Translations under genes and position numbers: made by a program
Virus record (IMG/VR): IMGVR_UViG_3300025168_000080
Span: 615-64,614 of that record
DNA from: a virus
Taxonomy: Duplodnaviria > Caudoviricetes
Direction: 5' to 3' (one strand)
Length of the DNA: 64,000 nucleotides
The notes under the pieces: model-generated
Told to the model about the DNA's origin: nothing
Database searches by the model: none
Seen by the model: only the letters and a program-made list of their open reading frames with translations
Shown here: positions 54,829-61,224 of the stretch, piece by piece
Layout of the letters: every line of letters begins with the position of its first letter
How positions within the stretch are numbered: the stretch's first letter is position 1

Positions 54829-55497
54829 ATGAACACAGTAAAACAAAAATCAACAGTAAAACACAAAACATTCTCTATTCTTGTAGATAAGATGAACAAA
54901 AGATGGAAATCAGATGGACGTCCTCAAGATAACCACACACACTATGAACACAAAACCTTCACACGTCAAGACATACACAAGGCAATATGGGTTGCTCAAG
55001 GCAATGACATAGAGACTTACGTGGTTCGTCAAGGTAACTACGGTACGTCAATCAAGTCTTGGATAGATGACGAAGGACTACTTGAGCGTATCGGTAGAGG
55101 AGTCTATCATCTAAGCGACAATGGTTATAAGTTTGGTAATCGTTCATATGAAGAAGGGGTTAAACTCATCCGTAGTATCAATGAAGATAAAATAGAGGAA
55201 AGACGTAAAGCAGTTGAAGAGCGAAACAATCTACCACACTTTAAACATGCAAAGGAATTCCAACACTTAGTTGGGTTGTCTATAGTTAAGGTTAGATACT
55301 GTACACCAGAAGAAAGAGATAGTTTAGGATGGTATAACCAACCAATTATATTACATATGTCGGATGGTTCTTTAATGTTTCCACAAACAGATGATGAAGG
55401 GAATGATGGTGGTGCATTAGCGTTATTTAACGACAGAGGTAATTCAGATTGTGCTTACACCATTAGTGAATTAGATTATAAATATGGTGATGTATAA
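54829..55497 (+). CDS. Early protein with wHTH-like N-terminal part
   Basis: 222 aa; GLLERIGRGVYHL wing-like motif; C-terminal DDEGNDGGAL domain. Confidence 0.7.
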   Translation: MNTVKQKSTVKHKTFSILVDKMNKRWKSDGRPQDNHTHYEHKTFTRQDIHKAIWVAQGNDIETYVVRQGNYGTSIKSWIDDEGLLERIGRGVYHLSDNGYKFGNRSYEEGVKLIRSINEDKIEERRKAVEERNNLPHFKHAKEFQHLVGLSIVKVRYCTPEERDSLGWYNQPIILHMSDGSLMFPQTDDEGNDGGALALFNDRGNSDCAYTISELDYKYGDV

Positions 55498-55503
55498 TAC
55501 AAC

Positions 55504-55545
55504 GGTATGCATGGTGCATTGGGGAGTTCGATTCTCCCCATACCA
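55504..55545 (+). ncRNA. tRNA-like mini-element (acceptor stem plus T arm, no anticodon arm)
   Basis: GGUAUG/CAUACC closing stem, T stem GGGAG/CUCCC with loop UUCGAUU, short UGG-containing linker; intergenic. Confidence 0.65.
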
Positions 55546-55578
55546 CGACAATAATGTCAAACAATTAAATACGCAATT

Positions 55579-55983
55579 ATGAAAAATTCAGTAGAGTCCT
55601 TTGATGACTTAAACTTCAACAAACACAAAGCGTGTAAAGGCGTTCAAGCGTTTCACGAGTTCCCTAACGGCAACACAATCTCAGTAGTAGGTGGTGAGGG
55701 CTTATATGGTGATGGTGTAGTCTCATTTGAGGTTATGACTAACATTGAATCAATGAACGGTGAATCTGGTGTCTTAGGATGGCAATCACGAGTACAAGTA
55801 AGTGAGATTATGAATTCACTTCGTTATAGAGGAGGGCTAACACCCAAAGCTGCGTTTGATCTTTTAGAACAAGCGATTGACAATCTACTAAGATTAGAAC
55901 AATTAGGTGAGTCAAATGCACACTTCCAAAGTGCTAAATACACACACACACAAATCAAAAAAGCAATTAAAAACTTAAGATAA
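55579..55983 (+). CDS. Early hypothetical protein
   Basis: 134 aa; GCAATTATG start context. Confidence 0.7.
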   Translation: MKNSVESFDDLNFNKHKACKGVQAFHEFPNGNTISVVGGEGLYGDGVVSFEVMTNIESMNGESGVLGWQSRVQVSEIMNSLRYRGGLTPKAAFDLLEQAIDNLLRLEQLGESNAHFQSAKYTHTQIKKAIKNLR

Positions 55984-55988
55984 TAATT

Positions 55989-56405
55989 ATGGAAAACACA
56001 TTTAAACACAGACAAACACAGTTGACAAAAGAGTCAACACTAATGGAAGCATTTCAATATAATCTTGACTGTTATGACGATGAAGTCATTGACAAAGAAG
56101 ATTTTATCAATGCTATGGAACAGTGGATATCACATCTCACACTACCAAATCTTAAACGAGAAATTGACGTTGTAATAGATAAAGTAAAAGAAGAGATAAT
56201 AGACGTGTTCAGTGACGATGATGTTCTGCCTAAAAACTGGGTAGAAATGCAAAAACACATTGATACAAATGAGTTCTTTGCAGACTACTTAACAGACTTG
56301 AGTTTTGACTGTGCAACAGTCATTACAAATAAAGTTGATGAGTGGTTGAGAGAACAACGAAATCAAATAAATAGTATTAACAATTGGAAACAAAAAGATA
56401 ATTAA
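55989..56405 (+). CDS. Early hypothetical protein
   Basis: 138 aa acidic; tightly packed. Confidence 0.65.
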   Translation: MENTFKHRQTQLTKESTLMEAFQYNLDCYDDEVIDKEDFINAMEQWISHLTLPNLKREIDVVIDKVKEEIIDVFSDDDVLPKNWVEMQKHIDTNEFFADYLTDLSFDCATVITNKVDEWLREQRNQINSINNWKQKDN

Positions 56406-56407
56406 TT

Positions 56408-56629
56408 ATGGAAATTGAAAATTCAAGAGTATTAGAATGTGTATGTGATATTGCATCAATGATTACACACGAAAAATTTGGTGCAAGAGCCACCAAAGAA
56501 ATACAGGATGGACTAAGTGAGTCCCAATGTATAGTATGGACAGATGATGCACAAGAGTGCTACAACGATATGTTTGATTATATCGAAACCATAATAATTA
56601 ATAAATTAAAACTTAAAATAAAACCATAA
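56408..56629 (+). CDS. Early hypothetical protein
   Basis: 73 aa; 2-nt gaps to neighbours. Confidence 0.65.
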   Translation: MEIENSRVLECVCDIASMITHEKFGARATKEIQDGLSESQCIVWTDDAQECYNDMFDYIETIIINKLKLKIKP

Positions 56630-56631
56630 TT

Positions 56632-56823
56632 ATGCCTAAAAAATCAAGACAAGAATTGGAAGATGAATTTATGAATGAATTCACTCCATCAAATTTAATT
56701 GAGAAAATCTCGTTAACATTTGGCGACAGACACGAACACATAAGTTCTGACTTTATGCCTATGAAAGAACACATGAAAAAATGTGAAGAAATAATAATCA
56801 AATCAATTAATAAAAAACAGTAA
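56632..56823 (+). CDS. Early hypothetical protein
   Basis: 63 aa; tightly packed. Confidence 0.6.
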   Translation: MPKKSRQELEDEFMNEFTPSNLIEKISLTFGDRHEHISSDFMPMKEHMKKCEEIIIKSINKKQ

Positions 56824-56825
56824 CT

Positions 56826-57071
56826 ATGAAAAAGTACAGAAAAGTAAACGGATGGAATTTCGAATTTGTAAGTCAAAATGATGGTGACGACGAATTCTAC
56901 CAATGTAGAGGTGACGTTATGTATGATGACGAACACGACGAGATTCCAGAACCTTCCTTATGGGAGGCATCAAATATATTACAAAAACAATTAAACCAAG
57001 AAGGATACAACTGCGAAGCAAACCACTCAGAAAAGGGTTGGGTAGAAGTAACTATATATTCTAAAAAATAA
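56826..57071 (+). CDS. Early hypothetical acidic protein
   Basis: 81 aa, D/E-rich, ends HSEKGWVEV. Confidence 0.65.
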   Translation: MKKYRKVNGWNFEFVSQNDGDDEFYQCRGDVMYDDEHDEIPEPSLWEASNILQKQLNQEGYNCEANHSEKGWVEVTIYSKK

Positions 57072-57075
57072 AACT

Positions 57076-57372
57076 ATGAAAGATTTAAAAAGAATTAAAG
57101 CAATAGCAAAGGATATTATATCCGATAGAGAGTGGGTAAACGATAGTCACTCTGAATCAGAACACAAAGGTGTTGTATACGGTTTAGAATCGTTATTATG
57201 GCGTCTTGAAACAACTGATGATACCATTGAAAAAGATTCAGTAGAAGAAATGGTAAAAGAAATTAGATTTTATCTACTATGTTTTTCAGACGGTTCGATG
57301 AGAGGTGATAATTTAGCTAATGCTATTACAGAAGTAATTAATCACTATAACTTAGAAGACTTAAACTTATGA
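57076..57372 (+). CDS. Early hypothetical protein
   Basis: 98 aa; stop overlaps the next start (ATGA). Confidence 0.65.
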   Translation: MKDLKRIKAIAKDIISDREWVNDSHSESEHKGVVYGLESLLWRLETTDDTIEKDSVEEMVKEIRFYLLCFSDGSMRGDNLANAITEVINHYNLEDLNL

Positions 57373-58037
57373 ATATATTAGAACTATTTAGTGGTAGTCG
57401 TAGTATCGGCAAAGTAGGAACGGATAGAGGACACAATGTGTTCTCTTCCGATTTCACTGATTTCCCTAACACAAACTATGTTGTGGACATATTAGAATTT
57501 GATGTAAGCAAGGTACCATTTGTTCCAGATATTATATGGGCAAGTCCACCATGTGAATCATTTAGTGTAGCGTCCATTGGGCGACATTGGGTGAAGGGTA
57601 AGGTGTTTACACCAAAGACTGAAAACGCTCAATTAGGCATCAAGATACTAATGAAAACAATGGAAATTATTGAACACTTTCAAAGTGTTAATAGTAAACT
57701 TATTTGGTATGTAGAGAACCCACGTGGAAAAATGAGAAAGTCACCTCATTGGGCAAACGTAAAACATAAATTAAATGGTGTTACGTATTGTCAGTATGGT
57801 GATGATAGGATGAAACCTACTGACATATGGAATAATAACCCTATGTGGGTACCACGTCCTATGTGTAAGAACGGTATGCCGTGTCATACATCTGCACCTC
57901 GAGGATCTTCGACTGGCACTCAAGGACGCTCATCGTATTACGATAGAAGTAAAGTCCCTTCTGAACTATGTGAGGAAGTAATCAAAGCAAGTGAAATTAT
58001 GAATATAATATTATACAAAAACTATGAAAATAATTAA
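57369..58037 (+). CDS. Short C5-cytosine methyltransferase-like protein
   Basis: Motif I ILELFSGS, motif IV WASPPCESFS, motif VI VENP, YCQYG...KPT; only 222 aa. Confidence 0.85.
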   Translation: MNILELFSGSRSIGKVGTDRGHNVFSSDFTDFPNTNYVVDILEFDVSKVPFVPDIIWASPPCESFSVASIGRHWVKGKVFTPKTENAQLGIKILMKTMEIIEHFQSVNSKLIWYVENPRGKMRKSPHWANVKHKLNGVTYCQYGDDRMKPTDIWNNNPMWVPRPMCKNGMPCHTSAPRGSSTGTQGRSSYYDRSKVPSELCEEVIKASEIMNIILYKNYENN

Positions 58038-58221
58038 AGAAAGCAAAGCAAAGCTGCCACAATACAAGGTGCAGTATTGGTACTTAGTTTTTTGTGGTGA
58101 TGACGATATGGGCTACGATTTTGATGTTGTCCAGGTTAGTGCTATCAGTCCAAAACAAGCCATACTCAAAGCAAAGCAAAGCGCACCACGAGGTGCAAAA
58201 AAGTTTGAAGTAATAAAATAG
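58024..58221 (+). CDS. Hypothetical protein
   Basis: 65-aa ORF overlapping the methyltransferase stop. Confidence 0.6.
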   Translation: MKIIKESKAKLPQYKVQYWYLVFCGDDDMGYDFDVVQVSAISPKQAILKAKQSAPRGAKKFEVIK

Positions 58222-58273
58222 ATTTGGAATTGTAATGGAAAAAAGTTATCTTGCCACTGTTTATTTTTGTTAC

Positions 58274-58325
58274 GGTAAACCTGGGACAACCAAGGATTGA
58301 GAGTGAATCCGTCCCAGAGTTTATC
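58274..58325 (+). ncRNA. Candidate structured RNA (nested stems)
   Basis: GGUAAAC/GUUUAUC and CUGGGAC/GUCCCAG enclosing an AACCAA bulge and a GGAUU-GAGAGUG-AAUCC hairpin; intergenic; no long U tract. Confidence 0.55.
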
Positions 58326-58353
58326 TATTTAATTAACTCTAAAAAATTATACA

Positions 58354-58533
58354 ATGATTGAAACAAAAAAATATAAGCGATACGAAAAAGTGAATAAAGA
58401 ATTAAGTCAAAGACAGTTTAGAAGTAGACAAGGTCGTAGTGATAAAAAGTATTCAAGAGACATGCAAATGTCATTTATATGTTATATAGGCTTTATATTA
58501 CTTTTTGCAATTCTTTTAATTTCTAAAATATAA
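58354..58533 (+). CDS. Small basic protein with C-terminal TM helix (59 aa, not in ORF track)
   Basis: MIETKKYKRYEKVNKELSQRQFRSRQGRSDKKYSRDMQMSFICYIGFILLFAILLISKI. Confidence 0.65.
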   Translation: MIETKKYKRYEKVNKELSQRQFRSRQGRSDKKYSRDMQMSFICYIGFILLFAILLISKI

Positions 58534-58546
58534 AATACAACTAAAA

Positions 58547-58843
58547 ATGAAAAAACCAATATTTGAGCAGTATGCAACACAAGTTGCAAAACATTTCCAT
58601 TTAAGTATGGATAGTTTGTTTGAGAAAAGCAAACGAAGAAATCAAGTAGATGCTCGACAAGTTTTATATTTATTATGTATGGAACGACCTATACAACTTA
58701 TACTTATAAAACAATATTTAGAAGACCACGGTTATGTGGTTCCTATGTCAACAATATCCCACGGTTATGAACGAGCAAAGAAATTAGTTGAAAGCGATGA
58801 GGATTATGCTCACGTAGTTAATGAGATAAAAAACAATGTATAA
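58547..58843 (+). CDS. DnaA domain IV-like HTH protein
   Basis: VAKHFHLSMDSLFEKSKRRNQVDARQVLYLLC...STISHG pattern. Confidence 0.75.
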   Translation: MKKPIFEQYATQVAKHFHLSMDSLFEKSKRRNQVDARQVLYLLCMERPIQLILIKQYLEDHGYVVPMSTISHGYERAKKLVESDEDYAHVVNEIKNNV

Positions 58844-59243
58844 CCCATCCGACATATGGTTTCAAGCCTTAGATGATGAACAGTCACATAAGCAAATTGC
58901 TAAAAAAGTTACAGTTATATTAGGCAAGTCTGTTAGGCTTCAAAAATTTGAAAACTCATATCATATAGAGTTTTATAACTTAAACAAGGGTGGTGATTAC
59001 TATAAATTATTAGATGAGCAAGAGTTGCAATTGTTTTTAGACCACGGTTGGAAAGCTGGACAAATTCACCTTGTCATATTGAACTGTATATTTAAATTAA
59101 ATCTAATAGAACAAAAAATTAAAACTGAGGTGAATACACGTAAAAATGATAAACACATTCAGAATCTTAAAACAAGACGAGAAGGTATGCTCGTGAAATA
59201 TACCAAGAATCAACGTAAATTAAATAAACTTAAATTAAATTAA
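58836..59243 (+). CDS. Hypothetical protein
   Basis: 135 aa, overlapping operon arrangement. Confidence 0.65.
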   Translation: MYNPSDIWFQALDDEQSHKQIAKKVTVILGKSVRLQKFENSYHIEFYNLNKGGDYYKLLDEQELQLFLDHGWKAGQIHLVILNCIFKLNLIEQKIKTEVNTRKNDKHIQNLKTRREGMLVKYTKNQRKLNKLKLN

Positions 59244-59244
59244 A

Positions 59245-59847
59245 ATGAACAAAACAGAAAATTATTTTGAAGCATTAGCCAAGGTTAATGTCAAAGACAA
59301 AGTAGAAAAAAAAGGTAATTTCAATTACTTATCGTGGGCCAATGCTTGGGCATTGATTAAACTTAAACATCCTAATGCACAAAGAAAAGTGTATGAAGAT
59401 CAAGCAAGTGGATTAAACTTTTTTACTGATGGGCGTACTGCTTATGTAAAGGTAGGTATAATAGTAAACGAGATAGAACATATTGATTATTTACCTATAA
59501 TGGACTTCAGAAACAATTCTATCTTAATAGATAAAATTTCATCTATGGACGTTAATACTGCAATTCAAAGATCTACTGCTAAAGCAATAGCTATGCACGG
59601 TCTTGGATTATCACTATGGGTAGGTGAAGATATTATTAACCAAACTACTAAGACAACTCCTGTAGTTAAACAAGCTGTGACTTATACTTTAAACGTAGGT
59701 GACGATAATTGGGATAAAGTCTTAAAATATGTGGTTGCCAATAAAACTATTGGTTTAGAAAAAATAGTTAAAAACTTATCAGTCAAGTATAAAATCTCTG
59801 CTACAGTAAAAAAAGAGATATCTAAATTATTGACTGATGCCAAGTAG
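59245..59847 (+). CDS. Sak/Rad52-like single-strand annealing protein (DUF1071-like)
   Basis: VEKKGNFNYLSWANAW...LPIMDFRN...DVNTAIQRSTAKAIAMHGLGLSLWVGED. Confidence 0.88.
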   Translation: MNKTENYFEALAKVNVKDKVEKKGNFNYLSWANAWALIKLKHPNAQRKVYEDQASGLNFFTDGRTAYVKVGIIVNEIEHIDYLPIMDFRNNSILIDKISSMDVNTAIQRSTAKAIAMHGLGLSLWVGEDIINQTTKTTPVVKQAVTYTLNVGDDNWDKVLKYVVANKTIGLEKIVKNLSVKYKISATVKKEISKLLTDAK

Positions 59848-60583
59848 TTTAGATACAAGAATAGACATTATAGAGAAACTTCGTGATGACAAGGAGTATT
59901 ACGGAAGCTATGGTAAACAGTTTTTGTCTAATTCAGATATAATTAAACTTCTTAAAGATCCTACTCAATTTAGAGTTAGACAGGCACCAACCAAACCAAT
60001 GGTTGTAGGCTCGTATTTTCATACTGCAATGTTAGAGCGTGATAAGATAGACAACTTCAAAATAGTTGACGTTTCTTCCAGAACGACTAAAGCATATAAA
60101 GATGTATGTCCACCAGGAGAAATACTACTTCTTAAAAAGGAAGAGGAAGAGGTATTAGGATGGGTAAATAAAATGACAAGTAATCTTGAAATGCACGAGT
60201 ATATTTATGCAGACAACAATCAATTTGAAGTTCCTGAAGTAGATTCTATTATGGGTAATATGTGGAAGGGTAAAGCTGACATAATACACGATGATTTTAT
60301 CATTGATATTAAAACTTCAGGAGATATTGATAAGTTTATGTACAGTGCAAAAACTTACAATTACGACAGTCAAGCCTACATATACCAACGCATGTTTGGT
60401 AAGCCAATGGTGTTTTTTGTTATATGCAAAACCACTGGGCGTTTAGGTATATTTGATTGTTCTAATGAATTTATAATGTCTGGCCAACGAAAAGTTGAAG
60501 AGGCAACAGAAATTTATAACAAATATTTTAGCGATGAAGCAACTGAAGATATTAATGTATTTATTCATAGACAAACTTTATAA
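59837..60583 (+). CDS. PD-(D/E)xK exonuclease (RecE/DUF3799-like)
   Basis: LSNSDI...GSYFHTAMLE...KGKADI...IIDIKTS...YNYDSQAYIY; adjacent to the SSAP. Confidence 0.85.
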   Translation: MPSSLDTRIDIIEKLRDDKEYYGSYGKQFLSNSDIIKLLKDPTQFRVRQAPTKPMVVGSYFHTAMLERDKIDNFKIVDVSSRTTKAYKDVCPPGEILLLKKEEEEVLGWVNKMTSNLEMHEYIYADNNQFEVPEVDSIMGNMWKGKADIIHDDFIIDIKTSGDIDKFMYSAKTYNYDSQAYIYQRMFGKPMVFFVICKTTGRLGIFDCSNEFIMSGQRKVEEATEIYNKYFSDEATEDINVFIHRQTL

Positions 60584-60716
60584 AAGTTTTAATACTACGG
60601 ATAAAAGTAAAGCATGGGTGGAAGTTCCAACCACCTGTGATTGTAGACGTGATAAGGATGATATTATTATAGCTATAATAGAACATTTGGAATTAATAAT
60701 TAAAATTAAAAAGTAA
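60555..60716 (+). CDS. Small hypothetical protein
   Basis: Probable start MYLFIDK; TAATG-coupled to the next gene. Confidence 0.45.
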   Translation: MYLFIDKLYKSFNTTDKSKAWVEVPTTCDCRRDKDDIIIAIIEHLELIIKIKK

Positions 60717-61009
60717 TGAGTGAAAAAAAGAAGTACATTAAAGTGGGTAATGGGGTAGAAAAATTTGACGGGAATCTTATAGAGGTTTCGTTATGTCTTT
60801 CTGACATACCACAAGAACACCGTTTTCAGTATGAAAAAAAATGGTACACTAAATTAAAAGTAAACAAAAACATTGATGGTCCAAGTGAATATGGGAAAAC
60901 ACATTACGTGACTATTAATGAATGGAAACCAGAAACTAAAGCTGTTGAGCCTGGTACAGTTGTACAAGAGCCAACTGCTATAGAGCCAAGTGGAGATCTT
61001 CCATTTTAG
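60716..61009 (+). CDS. Single-stranded DNA-binding protein (putative)
   Basis: Small beta-rich protein with YGKTH and C-terminal GDLPF tail; next to the recombination genes. Confidence 0.7.
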   Translation: MSEKKKYIKVGNGVEKFDGNLIEVSLCLSDIPQEHRFQYEKKWYTKLKVNKNIDGPSEYGKTHYVTINEWKPETKAVEPGTVVQEPTAIEPSGDLPF

Positions 61010-61026
61010 TTAGTAGATTAGAAAAT

Positions 61027-61054
61027 AAAGGGGGCATACGTCTCCTTTTTTTTT
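61027..61054 (+). terminator. Rho-independent terminator
   Basis: AAAGGGGGC-ATAC-GTCTCCTTT followed by a T run, after the SSB gene. Confidence 0.75.
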
Positions 61055-61062
61055 CTTTTTCG

Positions 61063-61202
61063 TATGTCAGTTATGACTAAGTAGAGACTGTAAACAGTCT
61101 ATAGTAAAAAACATTCTTTCTTTTTATTTTTATATATATAATACTACTTTTTTATAACATAACTAACATAAATAGAATAAAGTATTAAAAATCAAATAGT
61201 TA
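61063..61202. repeat. Origin-like element copy 2
   Basis: TATGTCAGTTATG (61063-61075), CTATAGTAA (61099-61107), T tract, TAACATAACTAACATA (61155-61170), AATCAAATAGTTA (61190-61202). Confidence 0.7.
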
Positions 61203-61224
61203 CATTAAATTAAATCAACACAGA

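Noticed and set aside
55504-55545. Functional tRNA gene or attP site
   Set aside because: About 42 nt with no anticodon arm, so it cannot decode; no integrase is visible to support attP. Kept only as a tRNA-like element.
55824-56936. Minus-strand ORFs 55824-56015, 56072-56260 and 56613-56936
   Set aside because: Antisense to the tightly packed early genes, which have good start contexts.
57214-57222. Additional CTGATGA (possible second hammerhead core)
   Set aside because: Inside a CDS and without the flanking stems II/III needed for the fold.
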